The notes: generated from the sequence alone by a model not told the origin. A stretch of 54,161 nt of DNA from Gemmatimonadota bacterium (GCA_003223415.1 QHUY01000007.1:1-54161); one strand, 5' to 3'; counted from the first letter of the stretch, positions 26,308 to 37,094 are shown. Numbers and translations: made by a program.

Positions 26308-27057
26308 ATGATCATCGTCGTCTTGCACGAGCCACAAGATCTCGTCAACATCGCCCACGTGGTGCGGGCGATGAAGAACTTCGGCTTCCGGGATCTCCGG
26401 CTGGTGCGGCCGCGGGAGTACGACGCCTACCGGGTCGAGGGGATCGCCCACCAGACGCAGGACGTACTGGCGCGCGTCAAGGAGCTCGCGGACTTGGACG
26501 CTGCGCTTGCGGACTGCGTCCACGTCGTCGGGTTCACCGCGCGCGAGCGCAGCGCCAAGCGGAATCGGCAACGGCCCAGGGCCGCCGCGGCGGAGATGCT
26601 GGAGCACGCCGGGGCGGGCCCCGTGGCGCTGCTCTTCGGCCGTGAGGACAAAGGGCTGCCCAACGAGGCACTGGACCGCTGCCACCGCATCGTGACCATT
26701 CCGACGACGCCGGCCTACGCCTCGCTCAACCTCGGCCACGCGGTGGCGCTCATGCTCTACGAGCTGGCGCTGGCGCGCGGCGACGAGGAGCGGCCGTTCA
26801 AAGGGCCGCGCCGCGAAGCGCCCCCCGCGACCGTGGAGGAGCTGGAGCGGCTGTTCGCCGACGTGGAGCGGGCGCTCGAACGAGTGGCGTTCTTCAAGAC
26901 GCGGGACCGGGAGACCATCATGCGGACGGTGCGCGAGGTGGTCCACCGCACTCCGCTCGACCAGCGGGAGGCGAAGCTGCTGCGCGCGATGGCCATCGAG
27001 ATCGGGAAGTACGGTGAACGACTGGCGCATTCCGGGCTTCACGTCCACCGCCAGTAA
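26308..27057 (+). CDS. SPOUT RNA methyltransferase, TrmJ/LasT-like
   Basis: VVLHEPQxxxNIxxVVRAMKNFG, LLFGREDKGL and SLNLGHAV motifs. Confidence 0.88.
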   Translation: MIIVVLHEPQDLVNIAHVVRAMKNFGFRDLRLVRPREYDAYRVEGIAHQTQDVLARVKELADLDAALADCVHVVGFTARERSAKRNRQRPRAAAAEMLEHAGAGPVALLFGREDKGLPNEALDRCHRIVTIPTTPAYASLNLGHAVALMLYELALARGDEERPFKGPRREAPPATVEELERLFADVERALERVAFFKTRDRETIMRTVREVVHRTPLDQREAKLLRAMAIEIGKYGERLAHSGLHVHRQ

Positions 27058-28189
27058 GCGCCCCGAGGCGTTGTTCGGCGAGGGGGGGGAGGGGGGCGAC
27101 TCCGCGCTCCCCCGCCGCCTGGTGCGGGCGCAGGGCGCGCGCGTGTGGGACGCGGACGGCCGCGAGTACGTGGACTACATCATGGCGCTCGGCGCGGTCG
27201 CCCTCGGCTACGGCCACGCGGCGGTGAACCGCGCCGCCGAGCAGGCGATCACCGCGGGGGTCGTCGGCCCGCTGCCGCCGGTCCTCGAGGAGGAGCTCGC
27301 CGAAGCGCTGGCGCAGCGGATCCCCTGGCTCGAGCGCGTGCGGTTCTTGAAGACCGGTGCCGAAGCGGTGGCTGCCGCCGTCCGGCTGGCCCGCCTCGCC
27401 ACCGGGCGCGGGCAGGTGCTCGGCTGCGGCTACCACGGCTGGCTCGACTGGTGTCAGGGGAATGCCGAGGGGGTGCCGGCCGCCGTGCGGGCGTTGTACG
27501 CCGAGCTGCCGTTCAACGACGTGCCGCGCACGCGAGCGATGATCCGTGAGGCGGGGACGCAGCTGGCGGCGGTCGTGGTGGAGCCGCTGGTCGTGACGGA
27601 GCCGTCGCGCGAATGGCTCGACGTCGTGAGGGCCGAGGCGACGCGCGCCGGAGCGGTGTTGGTCTTCGACGAGATCAAGACGGCGTTCCGCCTCGCGCTC
27701 GGCGGAGCGGCGGAGCGCTGGGGGGTGCGACCCGACCTCGTCGTGCTGGGAAAGGCGTTGGCGAACGGCTTCCCGCTCGCCGCCGTCGGCGGGCGGGCCG
27801 ACCTGATGCAGGGGGCGACCCGCACCTGGATCTCCTCGACCTTGGCCACGGAGAGCGTGGCGCTCGCCGCGGCGCGTGCGACGCTCCAGGTGTTCGAGCA
27901 GGAGTCGGTGTGCGCGCACCTGCATCGGGTGGGCACGCGGTTGCTGCACGGCCTCCATCGCCTGCAGCGTCTGCGGCCCGACGTCGTGACGGGGGTGAGC
28001 GGCGTGGCGGAGATGTGCTTCTTGCAGTTCGGGAGCGAGGAGCGGTCCCGCGCCCTCGCGGTGGGCTGCGCCCGCCGCGGGCTGCTGTTCAAGCGGACGG
28101 CCTACAACTTCGTATCACTTGCCCACGACGAGGCGACGATCGACCGGTCGCTCGCGATCCTCGAAGAAGTCCTTAGTAGCCTGGAGTGA
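27014..28189 (+). CDS. Class III PLP aminotransferase (glutamate-1-semialdehyde aminomutase-like)
   Basis: WDADGREYVDY, KTGAEA, YHGW, FDEIKT and GKALANG motifs. Confidence 0.85.
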   Translation: MNDWRIPGFTSTASKRPEALFGEGGEGGDSALPRRLVRAQGARVWDADGREYVDYIMALGAVALGYGHAAVNRAAEQAITAGVVGPLPPVLEEELAEALAQRIPWLERVRFLKTGAEAVAAAVRLARLATGRGQVLGCGYHGWLDWCQGNAEGVPAAVRALYAELPFNDVPRTRAMIREAGTQLAAVVVEPLVVTEPSREWLDVVRAEATRAGAVLVFDEIKTAFRLALGGAAERWGVRPDLVVLGKALANGFPLAAVGGRADLMQGATRTWISSTLATESVALAAARATLQVFEQESVCAHLHRVGTRLLHGLHRLQRLRPDVVTGVSGVAEMCFLQFGSEERSRALAVGCARRGLLFKRTAYNFVSLAHDEATIDRSLAILEEVLSSLE

Positions 28190-28193
28190 TTCC

Positions 28194-28811
28194 TCACATC
28201 CGGAACCCTCCCAGGCCGGCCATGCTGGGGAGGAATGCCATCCGCACAGCGCCGAGCAGGACGAACAGCACGATCCCGACCAGGATGACCACGATCGCGT
28301 ACGGCACCGCCTTGTCCTTGGGAGACTTCATCAAGGGCGACAGCCCGGCATACAGGAGGTACAAGCTGTACAGGGAGCACAGCAGTGCGATGATCGACAA
28401 CGCGGGGACCAGCGTGAAGACCCCGCCCACCCACGAAGCGGTGAATGAATAGGCTGCGACCTTTAGCGCCTGCACCTGGTTCCTCTGCCCGCTGAAGCTC
28501 GGAGCCAGAGCGTCGATGATCAGCGCGAACACGAACACGCCGACGAGTGCGAGCGCATACCCGATCGCGGCGTTGGTCAGTGCCGTCGTCAGCGGCAGCC
28601 TGATGGTGCCGGTGAAGGGCAGGGAGACCCCGAACACCGTCCACCCGATGGCGCCGCACACCGGCGCGATCGCCGCGAGCGGGATGATGTAGGTCTTGTA
28701 GAGGGTCGCCGTGTTCATGAGTTCGGTGTCGATCACCGCCCACTCGTCGTTCGGCTGCAGCAGGATCCTTTTCACGCGGCTAACGAGCGCCACGCGGTTG
28801 ACGAGCGCCAT
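28194..28811 (-). CDS. Yip1-family membrane protein
   Basis: GGAGG RBS; RVKRILLQPxxEW, multiple hydrophobic helices, ALKVAAYS. Confidence 0.8.
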   Translation of the reverse strand: MALVNRVALVSRVKRILLQPNDEWAVIDTELMNTATLYKTYIIPLAAIAPVCGAIGWTVFGVSLPFTGTIRLPLTTALTNAAIGYALALVGVFVFALIIDALAPSFSGQRNQVQALKVAAYSFTASWVGGVFTLVPALSIIALLCSLYSLYLLYAGLSPLMKSPKDKAVPYAIVVILVGIVLFVLLGAVRMAFLPSMAGLGGFRM

Positions 28812-28901
28812 GACATTCCTCCGGCTGAGGGCCTCTCCCCGGCCCGAAGATAGGGGCCGTCGCGCCGTTGCGCGAGGGCGGCCCCGCCCCAGATTCCCTG
28901 C

Positions 28902-29671
28902 ATGCTGATCGACGTCCACGCGCACTTCTTCCCGGAGAAAGGGCCGCGCGCCGACTGGCGGGAGTACAACGCCAGCCGCCTGCACGCCGGCGAAACGATC
29001 GGGATCACCATCCATCTCACGTCGATCCTGGGCACCTTCGGGCGCACGTCGCCGACCTACTTCCCGTCGTCCTCGCGCTGCAGCAGCAGCACCCCGACCG
29101 CATTCGCGGCTATGTGACCGTCAACCCGAACCACACCGGCCACGCCCTGGCCGAGATCGAGCGCGGTCGCACGGCCGGGATGATCGGCGTCAAGTTGGCC
29201 GCCAGCCGGCGAGCGAACGATCCTCTGCTCGATCCGATCTGCGAGGCGGCAGGCCGGCACGGGCTCCCCATCCTCCATCACATCTGGCAGCACCGCCGCC
29301 GCGACTGGCCCGGCCAGGAGGCCTCCGACGCGGCCGAGCTGTGTGCCCTGGCCGCGCGACACCCCGCGGTCACCTTCATCCTGGCGCACATCGGCGGGGG
29401 CGGGGACTGGCTGCACTCGCTCCCCGTCCTTACGGCGCGCTCCAACGTCTACGTCGATCTCTCGGGGAGCGGCGTGGACGGCGGCATGCTCGAGGCCTGT
29501 ATCGATGCAGTCGGCGTCGATCGCCTGCTGTGGGGAACCGACATGACGATGGAGACCGGCTGGGCCAAGCTGCGCTACCTGACGCACCTGCTCTCGGCCG
29601 AGGCGCTCGGGCGCGTGATGTGGAAGAACGCCGCCCGCATCTTCCCGCCGCACAGCTTTCCCACCGACTGA
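28902..29671 (+). pseudogene. Amidohydrolase_2-family protein, frameshifted near 29069
   Basis: IDVHAH lies in one frame; GVKL, ILHH, LAHIGG and LLWGTD lie in another. Confidence 0.75.
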
Positions 29672-30465
29672 TGCGCATCGACGTCAACGCCTTCCTCGGC
29701 GCCTACCCGTGGCGGCGGGTACCCGGCACCTCCCCCGAAGCGCTGCTGGCCGCCATGGATCGCGTGGGCATCGACGAGGCATGGGTGTCGCACCTACCTG
29801 GCCTCTTTTGGCGTGATCCGACCGAGGGGAACCCCTGGCTGTACGAGACCACGGCCAAGCACCGGCGGCTACGGCCGGTGCCGGCGGTGCATCCGGGATT
29901 CGCCCACTGGGAGCGCGTGCTCAGCGAGGCGGCGAGCGCGGCCGTGCCGGCGGTCCGTTGTGACCCGCACTACCTGGGCCTCGCGCCCACAGGGGACGAA
30001 ATGCGGGTCCTCGCCGCGGCCTGCGGCACGGCGCGGGTCCCGCTGCTGCTCGCGGTGCGGATCGAGGACGGCCGGCAGCGACACCCCAACGACGTCGCCC
30101 CCGAGCTTGCCGCCGCGAGCGTGCGCGCCCTGATCCGCGGCGACGAGGACCTGCTGCTCATCGTCACGCACGCCGACCGCGGCTTCATCGAAGAGGTGCA
30201 CTGGGGGGCGACGCCCCCCGAGCAGCGGCGGATCTGGTGGGACATCAGCTGGCTGTGGGGGCCTCCGGAGGACCATCTGGCGACCGTGCTGGGCACTATC
30301 GGACCGGACCGGTTCGTGTTCGGGACGGGGCAGCCGCTGCGGCTGCCGGAAAACGCGGTGGCCAAGCTGGACCTGCTGGACCTCTCCAAGGAGGCCCGCT
30401 CCGCCATCGAGTCGCGGAACGTCCAGAATGGACTCACAAGTGCGACCGGCAGGCAAGGTGGTTGA
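29671..30465 (+). CDS. Amidohydrolase-fold protein with degenerate metal ligands
   Basis: IDVNAFLG replaces HxH; RFVFGTG; TGATG-coupled start. Confidence 0.75.
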   Translation: MRIDVNAFLGAYPWRRVPGTSPEALLAAMDRVGIDEAWVSHLPGLFWRDPTEGNPWLYETTAKHRRLRPVPAVHPGFAHWERVLSEAASAAVPAVRCDPHYLGLAPTGDEMRVLAAACGTARVPLLLAVRIEDGRQRHPNDVAPELAAASVRALIRGDEDLLLIVTHADRGFIEEVHWGATPPEQRRIWWDISWLWGPPEDHLATVLGTIGPDRFVFGTGQPLRLPENAVAKLDLLDLSKEARSAIESRNVQNGLTSATGRQGG

Positions 30466-31339
30466 GCTCTCCTCCCGCCTCGAGTGGGGGCTGATTCCCG
30501 CCGTCCCCGTTCCATTCCGCGGGACCGAGCTCGCAGAGGATGCCCAGCGCGCGCTCGCCGCCTGGATGGCCGGCCAGCAGGTCGCCGGCGTCGCGGTGTG
30601 GGCGCATAGCGGGCGTGGGCCGCACCTCTCGCTCCCACAACGGCACGCGGTGCTCGCCACGTGGCGCGCGGCGCTGCCGGAGAGCGTCATCATCGCCGGT
30701 GCGAATTCGGTGGGGATGGCCCGCGAGGCCAAGCGTGGCGGCGCCGATGTGCTGCTCGCATTTCCGCGCGCCGACGATCCAGTAGGGTACCATGAGGCCC
30801 TCGCGGAAGAACTCCCCGTCATCGCGTTCTATCTCTACGAGCCCGCGGGTGGCGTCTCCTACGACAATCCGACGCTGCACGCCATCCTCGAGATCCCCGG
30901 CGTGATCGGCCTCAAGGTGGCGACGCTGGACTCGGTCTGGACGTTTCAGCGCCTCGCAGGACTGGTGCGGCAGCACCCCGGCTCGCTCCTGATCACGGGC
31001 GAGGACCGCTTTCTCGGATACTCGTTCACGATGGGCGCCCGCGCCGCGCTGATCGGCATGGGAGCCGCCCTCACCGACCTCCATGCCAAGCTGCTGGACA
31101 CGTACCGCACCGAGGCGCTGGCGCGGTTCGTCCGGCTGTCGAGTCTCCTGGACCAGTTCGCCCTCGCCACCTTCGGGCCCCCGGTGGAAGGCTACGTGCG
31201 GCGGATGCTGTGGGCGCTCGCCGCCGACGGGGTCATTCCTGAGGACGCGTGCGACGACCCGTGGGGGCCGGCGCTCGACCCCGCCGAGCGCGACACCGTG
31301 CGCCAGGCGGTCCGCGATGCGCGCGCCGCTCGCGCGTGA
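30458..31339 (+). CDS. DHDPS/NAL-family class I aldolase/lyase
   Basis: LIPAVPVPF, AVWAHSGRG, FYLY, GLK (Schiff-base Lys) and TGED motifs. Confidence 0.8.
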   Translation: MVELSSRLEWGLIPAVPVPFRGTELAEDAQRALAAWMAGQQVAGVAVWAHSGRGPHLSLPQRHAVLATWRAALPESVIIAGANSVGMAREAKRGGADVLLAFPRADDPVGYHEALAEELPVIAFYLYEPAGGVSYDNPTLHAILEIPGVIGLKVATLDSVWTFQRLAGLVRQHPGSLLITGEDRFLGYSFTMGARAALIGMGAALTDLHAKLLDTYRTEALARFVRLSSLLDQFALATFGPPVEGYVRRMLWALAADGVIPEDACDDPWGPALDPAERDTVRQAVRDARAARA

Positions 31340-32483
31340 CTTCGAGCGCTTCGCTCGTGAGCTGCCCCGCGACTTCCCGCACCACGTGCGCGAGACCTAT
31401 CGCATCGACCTCCGCGCCCGTTACCTCGGCGAAGCGATTCCGCACCCCATCGGCAAGGGGTCGGGCCAGCTCTCGCTGAACCAGAGGCAGCTGGAAGAAG
31501 ACGCGGCGGCCGGGTTGGCGTTCGCGATCCTGAAGACCGTCATCGCGCAGGATGGGTTGGGCGCACAGTCCATGGCCGCCTGGGCGATCCACGAGACGTG
31601 GATGCGGGTCGAGCGCCGCCGCTCGAGCGACGACCGCGAGGGGTGGACGGTCACGTGGAAGGGCCGGGGGTGGGACCGGTCGTTCGAGGAGTACCTCGCG
31701 CTGGTGCGGGCGGGCCGCGATCTCGCGCGCGGCGGAGCGCTGCTGTGCGTCCCCTCGGTGAAGTACCATCTCCCGCGGCTCGACGAGCCCTTCCGTGAGC
31801 AGGAATACGGATACACCACCCGGGCCCTGACGGAGGCGTGGGGGAGCGGAGAGTCACCGCTGCTGCTGGAGAAGGACTTTTCGCCCACGCTCGCCGGCGA
31901 CGCGCTCGCGGCGGACAAGGCCCAGATCCTGCGCTGGCTGCGCGAGGTGCCGCAGTACATTCGTGCCGCCGCCCCCACCTCTCTCCCGGTGCGCCTCGCG
32001 CTCAAGCTGATGAATGCCCGTTTCGACGACCAGTTCCAGCTCGAGATGCTGAACACGGCCGCGACCGGCGCGGATGCCCTGGTCGTGTTCAACCGGCTGT
32101 TCGACGACAAGCTCGGCGTGGCCTACGGGGGCTGGGACCTGAGCGAGCGGAATCTACGCGTTCTGGGGCGGCTGACCCCGGGCGCAAGCCCGGGGATCCC
32201 GGAGCTCTGCGGCACGGGGAACATCGGCTCCGGCCGGATGATCTTGGAGTACGCCCGCCGGGGTTGCTCCTCCGTCCAGGTCCACACGTTCTTCCAACTC
32301 CCCCTCTCGGAGTACGCCGCGACCACCGGGTCGCGCACTCAGCGAGCCCTGCACGCGCTGGTGTTTCATCCGGACGACGGGCTGATCGCGGGGCTGCTCG
32401 AGCTCGAGGCGCAGGGCCGACTGGAGCGGCGCGGTGGCGAGCTTCACTTTCTGGATCTCGTGGATGCGCATCGTCAGCGCTGA
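31317..32483 (+). CDS. Dihydroorotate/dihydropyrimidine dehydrogenase-like FMN protein
   Basis: YLGxxIPHPIGKGSG, KTV, LKL, FN and GTGNIGSG...VQV motifs fit an FMN TIM barrel, but the sequence is divergent. Confidence 0.6.
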   Translation: MRAPLARDFERFARELPRDFPHHVRETYRIDLRARYLGEAIPHPIGKGSGQLSLNQRQLEEDAAAGLAFAILKTVIAQDGLGAQSMAAWAIHETWMRVERRRSSDDREGWTVTWKGRGWDRSFEEYLALVRAGRDLARGGALLCVPSVKYHLPRLDEPFREQEYGYTTRALTEAWGSGESPLLLEKDFSPTLAGDALAADKAQILRWLREVPQYIRAAAPTSLPVRLALKLMNARFDDQFQLEMLNTAATGADALVVFNRLFDDKLGVAYGGWDLSERNLRVLGRLTPGASPGIPELCGTGNIGSGRMILEYARRGCSSVQVHTFFQLPLSEYAATTGSRTQRALHALVFHPDDGLIAGLLELEAQGRLERRGGELHFLDLVDAHRQR

Positions 32484-33597
32484 GCTCTTCGAGCTCACCC
32501 TGCCGCTGGTCGAGCCCTTCCTCATCTCGGGGGGCGCGATCACCGAGCGGCGCTCCCTCGTCATCGCGCTGCACGACGCGGAGGGCCACCTCGGCTACGG
32601 CGAGTCGCCCCCGTTCGAGCTGCCGTTCTATTCGGAGGAGACGCTCGCCAGCGCCACCGACCTGGTGCGGCGGGTACTGCTGCCGCGCGTCGTCGGCAGA
32701 GAGTTCGAGACGCCGGAAACGCTCGACGCGGTGCTGCGGGACGGCGTCCGTGGGAACCCGTTCGCCCGTGCGGGCGTGGAGACCGCCGCCTGGGACCTCG
32801 AGGCGCACCGCCGCGCGGTCGGGGTCGCCACGCTGCTGGGGGAGCGGCTCGGCGCCCGGCCCGCCACGGCGATTCCCTGCGGCGTCGCCCTCGGCATCCC
32901 GCAGGACGGCAAGCTCGACACCCTCAGCCGGTGGGTGTACGACGCGCTGCAGCTCGGCTATCGCCGGGTAAAGATCAAGGTGAGGCCCGGCTGGGACGAC
33001 GCCGCGGTGCGCGCCGCGCGCGAGGCCATGGCCGGGGTCGATGTGCCGCTCACCGTGGACGCCAACGGTGCCTACGAGTGGCCCGCGCACGAGCGCAACC
33101 TCCGCGCGCTGGACGAAGCGGGTCTGCTCTACATCGAGCAGCCGCTCGCGCCCGACGAGCTGGTGGGCCACGCGCGGCTCGCCCGGGTGCTGCAGACGCC
33201 TGTGTGCCTCGACGAGACGCTGAAGAGCGCCGCCCACGCGCGCCAGGTCGTCGAGCTGGAGGGGCCGCGCGTGTGGAACATCAAAGTGCACCGCGTGGGC
33301 GGACTCACCGAAGTGTGCCGCATCTACCGGATCGCCGAGCCATACGCCGCCGAATTGTGGGCCGGCACGATGCCCGAGTCGGGGATCGGCTCGCAGGCGT
33401 CGCTTGCGGTGGCCGCGCTGCCCCTGTGCGCCTATCCCTCGGATCTCGAGCCCAGCGCGCGCTGGTACGGCCGGAGCGCGGACGTCATCAAGCTCACGAT
33501 GGGCAAAGACGGCCGCATGGCTGTCCCTGACCAGGCGTGCGCGCGGCTGCTGGACCAGGGCCGGTTCCGAGCGGCGACACGGCGAGTGGATGCTTGA
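32464..33597 (+). CDS. Enolase-superfamily OSBS/N-acylamino acid racemase-like protein
   Basis: PFYSEET, KIK, DAN, EQP, DE, NIK and GxMxESGIG motifs. Confidence 0.85.
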   Translation: MRIVSAELFELTLPLVEPFLISGGAITERRSLVIALHDAEGHLGYGESPPFELPFYSEETLASATDLVRRVLLPRVVGREFETPETLDAVLRDGVRGNPFARAGVETAAWDLEAHRRAVGVATLLGERLGARPATAIPCGVALGIPQDGKLDTLSRWVYDALQLGYRRVKIKVRPGWDDAAVRAAREAMAGVDVPLTVDANGAYEWPAHERNLRALDEAGLLYIEQPLAPDELVGHARLARVLQTPVCLDETLKSAAHARQVVELEGPRVWNIKVHRVGGLTEVCRIYRIAEPYAAELWAGTMPESGIGSQASLAVAALPLCAYPSDLEPSARWYGRSADVIKLTMGKDGRMAVPDQACARLLDQGRFRAATRRVDA

Positions 33598-33656
33598 CGT
33601 CCTGCCCCGGGAGTGCAGAATCAGCGACGCGATCCTCCACTTCTCAGGAGCACCCG

Positions 33657-36553
33657 GTGACACTCCCTCACTGCCGCACCGCTTGCGGGCTCGCGATTCT
33701 CACAGTGACCGCCCTGCCGCCCGCCCGCGCCCAGCAGGTGGATCCCGCGTTGTTCACCGGCCTGCATTGGCGCATGATCGGCCCGTTCCGCGGCGGTCGC
33801 ACCGTCGGCGCGGTCGGCGTCCCGGGCCAGCCCAGCGTCTTCTACATCGGCGTCAACAACGGCGGCGTCTGGAAGACCACCGATTACGGCCGCACCTGGA
33901 CCCCGATCTTCGACGACCAGCCGACCGGTTCGATCGGCGCCATCGCGGTCGCCGGGGCGGACCCGAACACGATCTATGTGGGGAGCGGGGAAGGGCTGCA
34001 GCGCCCCGACCTCTCCGTCGGCGACGGGATCTACAAGACGACCGACGGGGGCAAGACCTGGCAGCACCTGGGGCTCCGAGACGGCCAGCAGATCGCCCAG
34101 ATTCTCGTGGACCCCCGCGATGCCAATCGGGTCTTCGTGGCGGTGCTGGGCCACCCCTACGGTCCCAACGCCGAGCGCGGCGTGTACCGCTCCACCGACG
34201 GCGGCGCGACGTGGCAGCCGCTGCTCACGAAGGATGAAAACACCGGCGCAGTGGATCTGGCGTTCGATCCCGCCAATTCCCTGACGGTGTTCGCGGTGCT
34301 GTGGGCCGCTCGGCAGGCGCCGTGGGAGGTCGGCAGCTCCTGGACGATCTCGGCCAACAACGGGCTCTACAAGTCCAGCGACGGCGGCACCACATGGCGC
34401 CAGATCACGGCGGGACTCCCCACGGCCGCCGACGGGCTCGGGCGGATCGGTCTCGCCTTCGCTCCGAGCGCGCCCCAGCGGCTATATGCGGTCCTGGGGG
34501 CCACGAAGAGCGGCGGGGTCTACCGCTCCGACGACGGCGGCGAAAACTGGCGCCGCGTGAACGGCGACCCTCGCCTGTGGGGTCGAGACGGGGATTTCAA
34601 CGAAGTGAGGGTGGACCCGAAGAACGCCGACGTGGTCTACGTGGCCAACGTGGTCACGTGGAAGTCCACCGACGGGGGACAGACGTTCGCCGCGTTCCGC
34701 GGCGCGCCGGGCGGGGACGACTACCACCGCCTGTGGATCAACCCCGACGATCCGAAGATCATCCTCCTCGCCGGCGATCAGGGCGCGGTGATCACCGTGA
34801 ACGGCGGCGAAACCTGGAGCTCGTGGTACAACCAGCCCACGGCACAGTTCTACCACGTCAGCACCGACAATGCGTTCCCCTACCGCGTGTACGGTGGCCA
34901 GCAGGAGAGCGGCTCGGCGGGCGTGGCCAGCCGCGGCGGCGACGGCGAGATCACGTTCCGCGAGTGGCACCCGGTCGGCGCCGAGGAGTACGGCTACGTC
35001 GCGCCCGACCCGCTGCGCCCCAACGTCATCTTCGGCGGCAAGCTGTCGCGGTTCGATTGGACGACAGGAGACGCGCAGGACGTGACGCCGGAGCCGGTGC
35101 GCGCGGGCCAGTACCGCTTCGTGCGCACGATGCCGCTGCTGTTCTCGCCGCTGGACCCGCGGATCCTCTACTTCGCGGGCAACGTGGTCTTCAGGACGCT
35201 GAACGGCGGACACAGCTGGCAGGTGATCAGCCCCGACCTGACGCGCGCTTCGTACGACGTGCCGGCGACCTTGGGCGCGTTCACCGGACTCGATCCCGAG
35301 CACGGCCAGCACCGCGGGGTGGTCTACACCATTGCCCCCTCGTTCACGCGCATCAACCTGCTGTGGGCGGGGACCGACGACGGACTGATCCACGTGACGC
35401 ACGACGGTGGGCGGACCTGGAAAAACGTCACCCCCCCCCCCCCCACATCCTTCGGACCAAGGATGGTGGGAAGACCTGGGCGGAAGTCGTGGCGGGAATC
35501 CCGGCGAATGAGGTCGTGAACGCGGTGCGTGAGGACCCCGTGCGACGCGGCCTGCTGTTCGCGGGCTCCGAGCGCGCCGTCTACGTCTCCTTCGATGACG
35601 GCGACCATTGGCAGTCGCTGCGGCTCGACATGCCCGCCACGGCGATCCGCGACCTCGTGATCCACGACAGCGACCTCGTGGTCGGCACCCACGGCCGGTC
35701 CTTCTGGATCCTCGACGATATCACGCCGCTGCGGCAGCTCGACGCGCGCACGCGTGACGCCGCGGCCGTGCTGTTCCGCCCGGCCGGTGCGGTCCGAGTG
35801 CGCTGGAACCGGAACCCCGACACCCCGCTGCCGCCCGACGAGCCGGCGGGGAAGAACCCGCCCGACGGCGCGATCCTCGATTACTACCTGCTGTCTGCCG
35901 CGACCGGGCCCGTCACGCTCACGGTACTCGACCGCCGTGGGACGGTGGTGCGCCAGTACTCCAGCGCCGATGTGCTGGCGCCGCCCGAGACCACGCTCAA
36001 CATCCCGAACTGGTGGATCCGACCACCGCAGGTTCTCTCCGCCGACGCCGGGATGCATCGGTTCGTCTGGGACCTGCACTATCCGCCGCCGGCGGCACTG
36101 TCGCACGAGTACCCGATTTCGGCCACCTATCGCGACACGCCGCGCGAGCCGCGCGGTCCCTGGGTGCTCCCCGGGATCTACACGGTGAAGCTGTCGGTGG
36201 ACGGGAAGACTTACACGCAGCCGCTCACGGTGCGGATGGACCCGCGCGTGCGCACGCCGGCCGCCGGTCTCGCGCTGCAGTTCACGCTGGCGCAGCGGCT
36301 CGTCACCGCGCTGCGGCAGGATTCTGCCGCGCTCGGTGAGGTGCGGCAGCGGAAATCGGCGGGGCAGGGCGCGCCCGTCGCGGCGCTCGATTCCCTCGAC
36401 ACCGCTCTCGCCCGGCTCAACGGGCAGCTCGCCCGCGCCTACGGCGTGATCGAGGGCGCCGACGCGACACCCACCACCCAGGCGGCGGCTGCAGTCGGGA
36501 AGCTGGAGCGGGAACTCGCCGCCTTGCTGGCGCGCTGGCGCCGGGCACGCTGA
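33657..36553 (+). pseudogene. Secreted BNR/VPS10-like beta-propeller (glycosyl hydrolase-like), frameshifted at a poly-C run
   Basis: AGGAG RBS before GTG 33657; WRMIGPFRGGR and many SxDGGxTW Asp-boxes. The frame changes at the C14 run at 35431-35444. Confidence 0.8.
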
Positions 36554-36632
36554 TCCTCCGGCAACCCCTTGCCTGGCTTATGGATACCGCTCGGCTTCCA
36601 CTTCTGGAGCCGGCACTTACTTTTTCGGGGCG

Positions 36633-37094
36633 ATGTCCAAGCTCCCGGCCAATTACTGGGCCACGAATCTCTACAAGGATCCCCGGCAGCGTCCTAAGGC
36701 GGATGCGCCGGCCCGCGACCTTGCCACGCGCGCGGCCGCGCGTTTCAGGAAGGCGCGCGAGGGCATCCGCGCCCTCAAGCACGTCACCGAGCAGGTGGTG
36801 TTCCTCGGCACTGCCTGGAAGTGGGTGTGGATGTACGAGGTGGGCGGCCGCAAGCTCGGCTATCTGCATCCCATGGATTCCGGCGTCAGCGGGACCTTCG
36901 TCCTGACCGAAGCCGAACAGCAGGAGCTCGTGCTGGCCGACGGATTGCCGCGCGTCATCAAGCAGGCGGTGAAGGACGGCGCGGTCGACGCCGGTGTGCG
37001 TTGGTGCTGGCTCGAGTTCCCCGATCTCGACACCGTCGCCGCGTTCGTGGACGTGATCCGACTCAAACACCACTTCCTGGCACGGCCCGAATAA
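36633..37094 (+). CDS. Hypothetical protein (possibly DUF3788-like)
   Basis: Plausible codon style and globular composition; WKWVWMY...LGYLHP. Confidence 0.65.
   Translation: MSKLPANYWATNLYKDPRQRPKADAPARDLATRAAARFRKAREGIRALKHVTEQVVFLGTAWKWVWMYEVGGRKLGYLHPMDSGVSGTFVLTEAEQQELVLADGLPRVIKQAVKDGAVDAGVRWCWLEFPDLDTVAAFVDVIRLKHHFLARPE

Noticed and set aside
27014-28189. hemL assignment
   Set aside because: The protein is shorter and divergent (KTGAEA, YHGW) with no hem genes adjacent, so it is left as a class III aminotransferase.
32464-33597. menC in menaquinone synthesis
   Set aside because: No men operon is present and the OSBS/NAAAR subfamily is promiscuous, so the symbol is withheld.
33594-33621. 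Sigma-70 promoter TTGACG-N16-CAGAAT before the BNR gene
   Set aside because: Plausible, but the spacing and -10 are imperfect, so it is too weak to list as a feature.
35431-35444. Programmed frameshift or phase-variable poly-C tract
   Set aside because: Sequence also appears to be missing between NVTP and PHILRT, which fits a deletion or assembly gap better than simple slippage.
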